Source of the DNA: Xylanibacter ruminicola 23
GTDB taxonomy: Bacteria; Bacteroidota; Bacteroidia; Bacteroidales; Bacteroidaceae
Direction of reading: 5' to 3'
Length of the DNA: 32,000 nucleotides
Assembly (NCBI RefSeq): GCF_000025925.1
Contig: NC_014033.1
Span: 1,410,001-1,442,000, forward strand
The notes beneath the pieces are model-generated. The model did not search any database. It was not told the DNA's origin and saw only the letters and a list, made by a program, of their open reading frames with translations. A program made the position numbers and the translations under genes. Below are positions 10,020 to 18,019 of this stretch, in pieces; position 1 is the stretch's first letter, and every line of letters begins with the position of its first letter.

Positions 10020-10997
10020 TCAAATGCTGAGCTCGTCGAGTACCTTAATCAGTCGCTTGTCGAAACGCTTATCAGTACGGATGCACTCGCTGAAAGGTAC
10101 ATAAACCACCTCGTTATTGCGGATACCAACCATCACGTTGCGCTGTCCCTGTTTGATGGCTTCGATAGCACCAACACCTGTGGTAGCAGCCAGAATGCGG
10201 TCGCGCGCTGATGGTGTACCACCACGCTGCAGATGGCCCAGGATAGACACACGTACATCAAACTCAGGGAACTCCTTTTTTACACGGTCGGCATAGTACA
10301 GAGCGCCACACTTAGGACTCTCCGACACAATCACGATACACGACTTCTTTGATTTACGGATACCACGACTCATGAACTGTGCCAGCTGGTCGACATCGGT
10401 ACTCTCCTCGGGTACGATAGCAGCCTCAGCACCACATGCAATGGCCGAGTTCTGTGCCAGGAATCCGGCATCACGCCCCATCACCTCGACAAAGAAGATA
10501 CGCTCATGCGAGTTGGCTGTATCACGGATACGATCGACACACTCCATGATGGTATTCATGGTTGTATCATAACCGATAGTAGAATCGGTGCCATACAAAT
10601 CGTTATCAATCGTACCAGGCAGACCGATTACAGGGAAATCGAACTCCATACCGAAGTTACGGGCACCAGTAAGCGATCCGTTACCACCGATAACTACCAG
10701 CGCATCAATCTCTTCCTTTACACAAGTCTCGTAAGCCTTCTGCATGCCCTCGGGAGTTGGGAACTCCTTTGAGCGGGCAGTCTTCAGGATAGTACCGCCA
10801 CGTGTCACAATTCCACTTACATTTTCGGTGGTAAACTCCTGAACCTCATCATGAATCAGTCCTTCGTAACCACGATATATACCTTTAATCCTAAAACCGT
10901 TGTAGATACCGGCACGTGTCACAGCACGTATAGCGGCATTCATTCCTGGTGCATCGCCTCCCGACGTCAGGATACCAATTGTCTTAATCTTTGTCAT
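10020..10997 (-). CDS. pfkA: ATP-dependent 6-phosphofructokinase
   Basis: 325 aa with strong by-eye colinearity to E. coli PfkA: [40 protein letters not shown]. Gly at the 104- and 124-equivalent positions indicates the ATP type rather than the PPi type. Confidence 0.95.
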   Translation of the reverse strand: MTKIKTIGILTSGGDAPGMNAAIRAVTRAGIYNGFRIKGIYRGYEGLIHDEVQEFTTENVSGIVTRGGTILKTARSKEFPTPEGMQKAYETCVKEEIDALVVIGGNGSLTGARNFGMEFDFPVIGLPGTIDNDLYGTDSTIGYDTTMNTIMECVDRIRDTANSHERIFFVEVMGRDAGFLAQNSAIACGAEAAIVPEESTDVDQLAQFMSRGIRKSKKSCIVIVSESPKCGALYYADRVKKEFPEFDVRVSILGHLQRGGTPSARDRILAATTGVGAIEAIKQGQRNVMVGIRNNEVVYVPFSECIRTDKRFDKRLIKVLDELSI

Positions 10998-11018
10998 ATT
11001 ACTATTATAATTGTTTAG

Positions 11019-12410
11019 TTATACATAATTCAACTCAATCCAAAGCACAGCCAAGCCTACCAGCATACCTGCCAGCACCTTCAACGTCAGGTTCTTCAGA
11101 TACCAGCTTAAGCGCATGTGCTCCATCTTCATCAGGGCCAGTCCGCTAACCGAACCAACGCTAAGCAGACAGCCACCTACGGCGGTACAGAAAGCGATAA
11201 TCTTCCAGTAGGCACCATTGATAACAAAATTCTCGTCGTACGAACCAACAAGTGCAGCATCGGCTATCTGATAAAGTGAGATATCGCTCATGGCGATGGT
11301 GAAAGAATCAACGATACCGCTGAGGAAGCCAGATACGATACCGAGTACCCATACGCTGTGAACGGTATCATCTATCCACTCGGCCACATCGCCAAACACG
11401 CCTGTTTCGGTTACTACACCCATCGCCAGCATGATACCCATCACAAACAGTATCTGCTGCAACGAGCCGTACTGCACCGAACGTGGTGTCAGGCGCTGCA
11501 TCATTTGGTCGGCGCTGTTCAGCTTGCGGTTCATCACCTCGTTTACCACCCATAATATGCTGAGTACACACAGGGCACCAAGGAATGGCGACAGTTTGGT
11601 GATGGTATGGAATGTTGGGATAAACCACAAACCACCGATACCAACAAACAGCATTACCACACGCTGCCAAGGCAACAGATTGGTATCGTCGCCACGGAAC
11701 GGCATTGGCGCCCACTGGGTATCCAGGCGTTCAGGCAGTTCGCGGTTAATCAGTATGGTAGGTACTATCCAAGCCAAAAGGGCTGGCAGAGCCAGATACG
11801 ACGAATAGTTGGTGGCTGTGATAGCCTCGTCGCCCCACAGCACCAGCGTGGTAGGATCGCCAATCACCGTCAGGCATCCACCACAGTTGGCAGCTATCAC
11901 AATGGCAGCACCAATCAGCATACGCTGGCGACGGTTCTGCACGATGCTATGCATAATAACCAGCATCATGGTAGCTGTAGTAAGGTTGTCGAGATTAGCC
12001 GACAGGATGAAAGTGGCCAGTGTGATGGTCCACAACAGGCGCTTCGAGTTACGGGTTCTGATCCACTTGGTAACAAAGTCGAAGCAACCGTTGTTATGCA
12101 GAATCTCTACAATACTCATGGTAGCCAGCAGGAACATCACAATGCTGGCAGCCCGACCCACATAATAAAGAAATACATTATTATATATATAGTACTTAAC
12201 GGCCTCGCTCGACGGCAAGCTTCCCGCTAAGAACTCCCAGTAATCCTGGGCATGGCGCTGCATCACGAAATCGGTGCCGTAGCAGATGTATACCACCCAC
12301 CCCACGGTGCCGATAAAGATGGCAATAGCCGATTTGTTTACTCCCGTTGTGTGACCAGTGGCAATCACAACGTACCCTAACAAAAGTAATATGACGATGA
12401 TTAGTGTCAT
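11019..12410 (-). CDS. nhaD: NhaD/ArsB-superfamily ion transporter (probable Na+/H+ antiporter NhaD)
   Basis: 463 aa, polytopic with about 11-13 hydrophobic helices. Length and sequence character match Bacteroidota NhaD-type antiporters. The family assignment comes from recognition, not from a search. Confidence 0.7.
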   Translation of the reverse strand: MTLIIVILLLLGYVVIATGHTTGVNKSAIAIFIGTVGWVVYICYGTDFVMQRHAQDYWEFLAGSLPSSEAVKYYIYNNVFLYYVGRAASIVMFLLATMSIVEILHNNGCFDFVTKWIRTRNSKRLLWTITLATFILSANLDNLTTATMMLVIMHSIVQNRRQRMLIGAAIVIAANCGGCLTVIGDPTTLVLWGDEAITATNYSSYLALPALLAWIVPTILINRELPERLDTQWAPMPFRGDDTNLLPWQRVVMLFVGIGGLWFIPTFHTITKLSPFLGALCVLSILWVVNEVMNRKLNSADQMMQRLTPRSVQYGSLQQILFVMGIMLAMGVVTETGVFGDVAEWIDDTVHSVWVLGIVSGFLSGIVDSFTIAMSDISLYQIADAALVGSYDENFVINGAYWKIIAFCTAVGGCLLSVGSVSGLALMKMEHMRLSWYLKNLTLKVLAGMLVGLAVLWIELNYV

Positions 12411-12423
12411 TTCCCTATGCCTC

Positions 12424-14247
12424 CTAGTTTAATATCTCAGTTGGCGTCCAATACCAGAAGATAGTGCCTCTGCCGTCTTCTGTGTTATCGCGCGCACCTA
12501 TTTTTCCATTGCATCGGTCGATAATGGCCTTACAAACACTCAGTCCCAGTCCTGGATTATCCTGATTCTCGTCGTGGGTATATGTATTCTTGTCGGCCAA
12601 CAGTCCGAATATATTCTGTTTCAGTTTCTCGGGCAGCCCCTCACCCATATCCTTTACCTCTACATACATACCTCCTTCTTTCAGGTAGTAAGTCAGGGTT
12701 ATCTTACCCTCAGTAGTATGCTGCATGGCATTCTCAAGCAGGTGCATGGTTACAATTCGCATCAGCTTCTTATCTACCAGCGCACGCAAGCCGTCGATAG
12801 GTTCAACCACCTCAAGGGTTACGCCCTCTTTCAGCTGCATACGAATCTCTGAGGCATACTGCCCCATTTCGTAATCCACATCGGTAACCTCGCGCTTAAA
12901 CAGCTGAGTATCACCCTCAACCTCGCTTAACGATAACAGTTCATTAATCAGGTGCAGCAGTTCCAGTCCGTTCTTATTAATCAACTGCAACAGATTGGCA
13001 CGCTCCTCGGGTGGCAAAGCACTATCATCCATCGTCATCAGCAGATCCGAGAATCCGATGATGGCATTCAGCGGTGTACGGAGCGAGTGACTCATATTAC
13101 CCAGGAAGATATCCTTCAGTTCTTCGCTCTTTCGGGCTGCTTCGGCAGCTTCGCGGGCTTTTGCCTCGTTCTGACTGGCTACCATCGCATTATGTTCAGC
13201 CTCCTTGGCGTTGCGCCTTGCCACATCGGCAATACGCTGTGCCTCAGCCTCGCTGGCCCTGGCCTTTTCGGCATTAGCATTAGCAATAGCCTCGTTCTCC
13301 CTAGCCTTCTCGGCATTGGCACGTGCCACCTCCTCACTCTGGTGTGCCTTTTCCTCGCTGGCTTTAGCTTTCTCCTCGTTTTCACGGGCTGTATCCAGCG
13401 CCTTCTTCAGCTGGCGCGTGTTGTGCATCTGGTTTAATATCACAGCCAGCAGCGCCACAATCACAAACGCCACAATGGCCATATATACCCATCGCGGTAT
13501 GATGATGCCATTGAATGTCGAAGCCACGTGGCCATACACATCGTCCATCAGGCCCTCTTCCTCCATCTTATCCAATTCCTTGTCGATGGCATCAATCAGC
13601 TTTTTGTTGCTGCTTGCGTAGCAGTATTCGCGTGGTGTCAGCGTCAGTTCTTCCTGCTCCAGATTCCGCAGTTTATACTTGCCAATCAGATACTTAGCCT
13701 GATAACGATAGCACACCACCGCATCGTATTTACCTGCCGACAGTTCCTTCATCGCCTTGGTCAGGTCATCTACTATCACCAGTCGTGCACCAATCTTCTG
13801 CAGCGTGTCGCGTACGGGCCTACTGGCCATCAGCGCCACCTCCACATTGTGCATGTCGCGCAGTCCGTAGTTCCTCTTGGTACCCTTACGAGTTACCAAC
13901 TGGTAGTACAGTCTGATCACGGCACGCGAGTAATTGGTAACATCCTTGCGATAAGGCGAATAAACCATCATACCCAGATCAACCTTACCACCTAAGATAT
14001 CGTTAGCAATAGCTCCCCATTTGTTAGGTGCAAACTTAAACGGGATGTTCATTCGCTTCATCAGAATCTTCGAGAATTCCACATCGGCGCCACTAGGTTT
14101 TCCTTTTTCATCCACATACTCTAATGGCGGATAGTCCTGATCGATTCCGATAACCAATGGTTTAGAATCAGAATAGCCGAGATTGTTAGCATTTACCTTG
14201 AGGGCAAACGTTATTATTAGTAGAATGTTAATCAGTCTCAGCTCCAT
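12424..14247 (-). CDS. Sensor histidine kinase with periplasmic solute-binding (SBP_bac_3-like) domain, one TM helix, long heptad-repeat stalk, HisKA and HATPase_c
   Basis: 607 aa. In order: a signal/TM segment at the N terminus; a type-3 SBP-like region (LVIGIDQDYPPLEYVDEKGKPSGADVEF...); a TM helix (WVYMAIVAFVIVALLAVIL); the H-box FLGNMSHSLRTPLNAIIGFSDLL; and the G-box GLGLSVCKAIIDRCNGKIG. There is no receiver domain. Confidence 0.88.
   Translation of the reverse strand: MELRLINILLIITFALKVNANNLGYSDSKPLVIGIDQDYPPLEYVDEKGKPSGADVEFSKILMKRMNIPFKFAPNKWGAIANDILGGKVDLGMMVYSPYRKDVTNYSRAVIRLYYQLVTRKGTKRNYGLRDMHNVEVALMASRPVRDTLQKIGARLVIVDDLTKAMKELSAGKYDAVVCYRYQAKYLIGKYKLRNLEQEELTLTPREYCYASSNKKLIDAIDKELDKMEEEGLMDDVYGHVASTFNGIIIPRWVYMAIVAFVIVALLAVILNQMHNTRQLKKALDTARENEEKAKASEEKAHQSEEVARANAEKARENEAIANANAEKARASEAEAQRIADVARRNAKEAEHNAMVASQNEAKAREAAEAARKSEELKDIFLGNMSHSLRTPLNAIIGFSDLLMTMDDSALPPEERANLLQLINKNGLELLHLINELLSLSEVEGDTQLFKREVTDVDYEMGQYASEIRMQLKEGVTLEVVEPIDGLRALVDKKLMRIVTMHLLENAMQHTTEGKITLTYYLKEGGMYVEVKDMGEGLPEKLKQNIFGLLADKNTYTHDENQDNPGLGLSVCKAIIDRCNGKIGARDNTEDGRGTIFWYWTPTEILN
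13117..13389 (-). repeat. Coding repeat: 13 consecutive heptads A-x-x-(N/S)-(E/A)-x-x (residues 287-377 of the kinase)
   Basis: The heptads read ARENEEK AKASEEK AHQSEEV ARANAEK ARENEAI ANANAEK ARASEAE AQRIADV ARRNAKE AEHNAMV ASQNEAK AREAAEA ARKSEEL. Position 1 is Ala in 13/13 and position 4 is N or S in 11/13. Confidence 0.85.
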
Positions 14248-14282
14248 AAATTATCAACCTCAAGCTTTATGCTTGATGGGTA

Positions 14283-14290
14283 CAAAAGTA
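14283..14290 (-). promoter_or_regulatory. -7 promoter box TACTTTTG for the kinase-nhaD-pfkA cluster
   Basis: CAAAAGTA on the + strand is TACTTTTG on the minus strand, 36 nt upstream of the kinase ATG at 14247. Confidence 0.5.
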
Positions 14291-14359
14291 GAAAAAAAAC
14301 TTTAAACCTCCAAACTTTTTCTTGAAAAAGTAGCAAATTAGAGGTAGAAATGCGGCAAA

Positions 14360-15160
14360 TTAAAGTCCACGTGCCTTCCAAATGCGGTCTTTGGCGGCAT
14401 TTATCTCCTGGAATTTCTTCTCGGCAGCCTTTCGTACATCCTCGCCCAGAGCAGCCACCTTGTCAGGATGGTGCTGCAAAGCCTGCTTGCGATAGGCCTT
14501 CTTCACCTCGTCGTCGCTGGCATCCGGACTCACACCCAGCACCTTATAGGCATCTTCAAGACTACCACCCTCCAGATGCAGCATCGAGTCGACCTCGTTA
14601 GCATGCAATCCCATCCACTGGGCACACTCTTTCAGGGCTGTAATCTCACTCTGGGGCACACTGCCATCGGCCTTAGCCACCATCACCAGATAGTTAAGCA
14701 GTTGCAAACGCTGCGAGTAGTCCATCTGTCGGCTTATCTGTGCACAGCAGTCGCATACCGTTTGCTTGAACTGCTGCCAGCCTTCGCGTTTCTGTTCCTC
14801 AAAAAGTCGGTTTAATATCTCGTTGCCCTGTTGTACGGCAGCGTTACCAAAGTTCTGGCGCAACATCTGTCGAACCAGTTCCATCTCGGAATGCATGGCC
14901 TTACCATCGGCCTTGATGATATACGACGACAACACCAGGAGCGAGAACATAAAACTGTTACGCTGCCCTTGCAGCTGTTGCCGTTGGTAAGCCTGCTGGT
15001 AGCTCTCGTTATACGATTGCCAGGTACCAGAGTTCTCGGGGGTATTCACCCCATTCAACATAGTATCAAATAGCGAGCCAAGCAGATAGCCAGCCAGCGC
15101 ACCAAGAGGTCCACCGGCCATCCAGCCGGCAAATCCGCCAATCCATTTTCCTGCAGCCAT
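14360..15160 (-). CDS. djlA: DjlA-like co-chaperone: Gly-rich N-terminal membrane segment, TerB-like domain, C-terminal J domain
   Basis: 266 aa. The N terminus is [23 protein letters not shown]. The C-terminal J domain reads [33 protein letters not shown] (HPD motif). Architecture and length match E. coli DjlA. Confidence 0.8.
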   Translation of the reverse strand: MAAGKWIGGFAGWMAGGPLGALAGYLLGSLFDTMLNGVNTPENSGTWQSYNESYQQAYQRQQLQGQRNSFMFSLLVLSSYIIKADGKAMHSEMELVRQMLRQNFGNAAVQQGNEILNRLFEEQKREGWQQFKQTVCDCCAQISRQMDYSQRLQLLNYLVMVAKADGSVPQSEITALKECAQWMGLHANEVDSMLHLEGGSLEDAYKVLGVSPDASDDEVKKAYRKQALQHHPDKVAALGEDVRKAAEKKFQEINAAKDRIWKARGL

Positions 15161-15166
15161 ATTATT

Positions 15167-15736
15167 TTACATATTTTGCAGTTCGGTATAAATGCGCTGA
15201 ACGGGCAGGCCCATCACATTATAATAACTGCCGTTAAGTCCTGTAACACCTATGTAGCCAATCCATTCCTGAATGCCGTAGGCACCAGCCTTATCAAAAG
15301 GACGATAGTGGCTCACGTAGTGCTGTATCTCGTCATCTGTAAGCTGTTTAAAGGTTACATCGGTAGTAACCGAAAACGAACGCAGACTGGTAGCGGTGAG
15401 CAGCGAAACACCTGTAGTAACCTGATGGGTACGACCACTAATTTCGCGGAGCATACGTACGGCATCGGCCGCATCGTAAGGTTTACCCAAGATATCGTCA
15501 CCTACTATCACCACCGTGTCGGCAGTAATAATCAGCTCGTCTTTTTGGAGTGTTGGTTTGTAAGCAGCAGCCTTCTTTTCAGCAATATACTGTGCCACCT
15601 GGGCTGCAGGCAAAGTTTCGGGGTACGACTCGTCGATACCATCAATCACACGCACCTCGAAATCCAATCCCAACCCCGCCAACAATTCTTTTCTACGAGG
15701 CGAATTACTCGCAAGAATATATTTGTATTTATCCAT
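15167..15736 (-). CDS. maf: Maf-family nucleoside triphosphate pyrophosphatase
   Basis: Contains ILASNSPRRKELL, DTVV and AGAYGIQ motifs. I prefer the ATG at 15736 (MDKYKY...) over the track's TTG at 15742. There is a 6-bp gap to djlA. Confidence 0.88.
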   Translation of the reverse strand: MDKYKYILASNSPRRKELLAGLGLDFEVRVIDGIDESYPETLPAAQVAQYIAEKKAAAYKPTLQKDELIITADTVVIVGDDILGKPYDAADAVRMLREISGRTHQVTTGVSLLTATSLRSFSVTTDVTFKQLTDDEIQHYVSHYRPFDKAGAYGIQEWIGYIGVTGLNGSYYNVMGLPVQRIYTELQNM

Positions 15737-15744
15737 TGCCAATA

Positions 15745-15786
15745 TTTAATGTTTAATCATTAATGTTTAATGTTTAATGTTTAATC
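15745..15786. repeat. TTTAAT(G/C) heptamer tandem array (6 units) filling the kdsC-maf spacer
   Basis: TTTAATG TTTAATC ATTAATG TTTAATG TTTAATG TTTAATC. The last unit contains the kdsC stop codon (TCA on the + strand, 15785-15787). Confidence 0.9.
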
Positions 15787-16303
15787 ACCACCCGAATGCT
15801 TTGGCATTCATCACCCATTTGCCCTGGGCACGTAATACCTGTTCGATCACATCGCGACCACAACCATAGCCACCATCACGATCAGAAACATACACACTTA
15901 CCTCACGAATCTCAGCACATGCATCTTTGGGACATACGGGGCAACCTACCCTACGCATTATCTCCAAGTCGGGGATATCATCACCCATGTACATCACCTC
16001 CTCGTCGGTATAGCCATAAATAGCCAAGAACTCATCATAGGTTGCAATCTTAACGGCACAACCCAGGTAAATATCCTCAACACCAAGACCCTCGTAGCGT
16101 ACACGCAGACTATCTACCCTTGCACCCGAAAGGATGGCAATACGCAAGCCTAACTTCATGGCCAACTGGATGGCATAACCATCCTTGATATTCACCGTAC
16201 GCAGCGGTGTACCATCAGCACTCAGATTAATCGTCTCGGCACTCAGCACGCCATCAATATCAAAGATGATGGCCTTGATTTTATTTAAATCGTAATTAAT
16301 CAC
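15785..16303 (-). CDS. kdsC: 3-deoxy-D-manno-octulosonate 8-phosphate phosphatase (HAD family)
   Basis: 172 aa, colinear by eye with E. coli KdsC: IIFDIDGVLS, NIKDGYAI, YMGDDIPD, VIEQVLRAQGKW. It uses a GTG start at 16303. Confidence 0.88.
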   Translation of the reverse strand: MINYDLNKIKAIIFDIDGVLSAETINLSADGTPLRTVNIKDGYAIQLAMKLGLRIAILSGARVDSLRVRYEGLGVEDIYLGCAVKIATYDEFLAIYGYTDEEVMYMGDDIPDLEIMRRVGCPVCPKDACAEIREVSVYVSDRDGGYGCGRDVIEQVLRAQGKWVMNAKAFGW

Positions 16304-16338
16304 GTTAAAGATTAAACATTAAAAATTAAACATTAAAC
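16304..16338. repeat. Heptamer array in inverted orientation (5 units, ATTAAAC = reverse complement of GTTTAAT)
   Basis: GTTAAAG ATTAAAC ATTAAAA ATTAAAC ATTAAAC lies directly upstream of the kdsC GTG. Two small hairpins follow: CTTTGC-AA-GCAAAG at 16342-16355 and CGAAC-AA-GTTCG at 16356-16367. Confidence 0.85.
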
Positions 16339-16376
16339 ATTCTTTGCAAGCAAAGCGAACAAGTTCGAGCGAAACA

Positions 16377-16904
16377 TTAGAATTTGTTCAAGTGAACGTT
16401 TTCCCACTTCAGTTTCTCTTCGTCCTGAGGCTTGCGCTCATCGGTCCAATGACCTATGGCAAGAATGCACAAGCAATTGTAGTTATCGGGAATACCCAGC
16501 ACACCACGAATCACCTCGTCGGCTGTGGTACCGTCGCTCAGTCCGCGACCTCGCATCTGAATCCAGCAAGAGCCCAAGCCTAACTCTTCGGCCTGATACT
16601 GCATAGAGATAGTGGCTATCGAGCCATCCTCTACCCAACAGTCGTTCTGCATGGGATCGCCTAATACGGCAATAGCCACAGGGGCATCCTTCAGGAACTG
16701 CGAACCCATATTCTTGGCATCGGCCAACTTCTCGAGATCCATCTTATCATCTACAACCACGAACTGCCAGGCACGCTGACTCTTTGACGTGGGCGACATC
16801 AACGCTGCACGCAGAATAAGCTTCAAATGTTCGGGATCAACCTCCTTATCAGAGAACTTGCGATGGCTGCGGCGCAACTGCGCCAAATCTTTAAAACTTG
16901 TCAT
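16377..16904 (-). CDS. Nitroreductase-family NAD(P)H-flavin oxidoreductase
   Basis: 175 aa. The N terminus RRSHRKFSDKEV and the motifs LRAALMSPTSKSQRAWQFVVV and LGLGSCWI are typical of the nitroreductase fold. Confidence 0.82.
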   Translation of the reverse strand: MTSFKDLAQLRRSHRKFSDKEVDPEHLKLILRAALMSPTSKSQRAWQFVVVDDKMDLEKLADAKNMGSQFLKDAPVAIAVLGDPMQNDCWVEDGSIATISMQYQAEELGLGSCWIQMRGRGLSDGTTADEVIRGVLGIPDNYNCLCILAIGHWTDERKPQDEEKLKWENVHLNKF

Positions 16905-16923
16905 ATCCTACCTAATTTTTGTG

Positions 16924-17034
16924 CAAAGATAGTGATATTTTGGCACGAATTACGCGAATTAACGCGAAAAAAGATTTTAAAACTAAAAAATTCGTGAAAT
17001 TCGTGCAATTCGTGCCTAAAAATATCTATCTTTG
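16924..17034. promoter_or_regulatory. 111-bp dyad-symmetric divergent promoter region with two mirrored -7 boxes and 3+3 inverted hexamer repeats
   Basis: The minus-strand -7 box is TATCTTTG (16924-16931, CAAAGATA on +) and the plus-strand -7 box is TATCTTTG (17027-17034). Left-arm hexamers are CACGAA (16944), CGCGAA (16953) and CGCGAA (16963). Right-arm hexamers are TTCGTG at 16991, 17000 and 17009. Every pair is symmetric about about 16979. Confidence 0.7.
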
Positions 17035-17038
17035 CAGT

Positions 17039-18019
17039 ATGAGCCAACTGATTACTACCATATACACCAAATCCAAAGGCATGCCAACATTGCGCCAGGG
17101 TAGCTATTTCCACAGTCAGGAACTGATGGAAGTATGCGAGGCCGCCCCGCGCCAGCGCCCTTATATGGTAGTCATTCACAATGAAACAGGTCGCGAACTG
17201 TGCCACATGCTGGGCATTGTGAGATACCGCACTCTGATACTGCCGCCATTCCTGCTGATACATTGCCGGATATTAGGCGAAGGTGTGTATGATGAAGACT
17301 GCGGCTACAAAAAAGACGAGCTGTTCGACCGGATGCTAAGTGCGCTCACCCACAAACTTAACAAACGCGTACTGTTTATGGAGATGAGTAACCTGAGCAC
17401 CAAGATGTTTGGCTATAAGGTTTTGCGCGAGAACGGCTACTACCCTGTAAACTGGATGTCGATACACAACTCGTTGCATCGCCACGCACCCGAAGAACGA
17501 ATCACTCCCAAACTGCAGAAACGAATCGACCACGCCCACGAACGAGGTGCAAAAACCGAGATAGTCAGCAACGAGCACGACTTTAAGGCTTTCTCGAAAC
17601 TACTACGCAAGCACCATATTCTGAAGCCCAAACGCTATATCCCCGATGACATTTTCTTCCGTGAGCTGATGGAGGGCCAGAACGGCAACCTGTTTATTAC
17701 CAAGTATCACGAAAAAGTGATTGCCTGTGCCGCCTGCGTATATAGTCAGGGCGATGCCTACCTATGGTATTCGGCCTTCAGGCGCAAAACATTCCATGCC
17801 CTACACCCCGACACCATTGTGGTGTGGGATGTGATGAAGCACGCCTACAACGAGGGCTATCAACATATGCGATTCATGGATGTGGGACTGCCTTTCCACA
17901 AAAATCCTTACCGCGAATTCATATTACGTTTCGGCGGCAAGGAGCAAAGCACCTACCGATGGTTCCGTTTCTCCATCAGATGGGTGAATAAACTTTTGGC
18001 TTGGATCTATCGCGAGTAA
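17039..18019 (+). CDS. FemAB-like / GNAT-fold acyl(aminoacyl)transferase family protein
   Basis: Length and C-terminal character (LWYSAFRRK..., HPDTIVVWDVMKHAYNEGYQHMRFMDVG, FILRFGGK) resemble FemAB/Acetyltransf_6 proteins. The track's start at 16919 lies inside the promoter dyad, so I use the ATG at 17039. That ATG is only 5 nt from the -7 box, so the ATG at 17081 is an alternative start. Confidence 0.6.
   Translation: MSQLITTIYTKSKGMPTLRQGSYFHSQELMEVCEAAPRQRPYMVVIHNETGRELCHMLGIVRYRTLILPPFLLIHCRILGEGVYDEDCGYKKDELFDRMLSALTHKLNKRVLFMEMSNLSTKMFGYKVLRENGYYPVNWMSIHNSLHRHAPEERITPKLQKRIDHAHERGAKTEIVSNEHDFKAFSKLLRKHHILKPKRYIPDDIFFRELMEGQNGNLFITKYHEKVIACAACVYSQGDAYLWYSAFRRKTFHALHPDTIVVWDVMKHAYNEGYQHMRFMDVGLPFHKNPYREFILRFGGKEQSTYRWFRFSIRWVNKLLAWIYRE

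Noticed and set aside
16941-16958. TTGGCACGAATTACGC, plus TGGCACG-like strings at about 13316 and about 26479, as further sigma-54 promoters
   Set aside because: The -24 half matches, but no TTGC lies at the required N4 spacing. The latter two are also inside coding sequence. Only 29543-29558 satisfies the full motif.
16901-17263. 120-aa minus-strand ORF spanning the dyad promoter and the 5' end of the FemAB-like gene
   Set aside because: It runs through the intergenic palindrome and both -7 boxes, and is antisense to the better-supported plus-strand gene.
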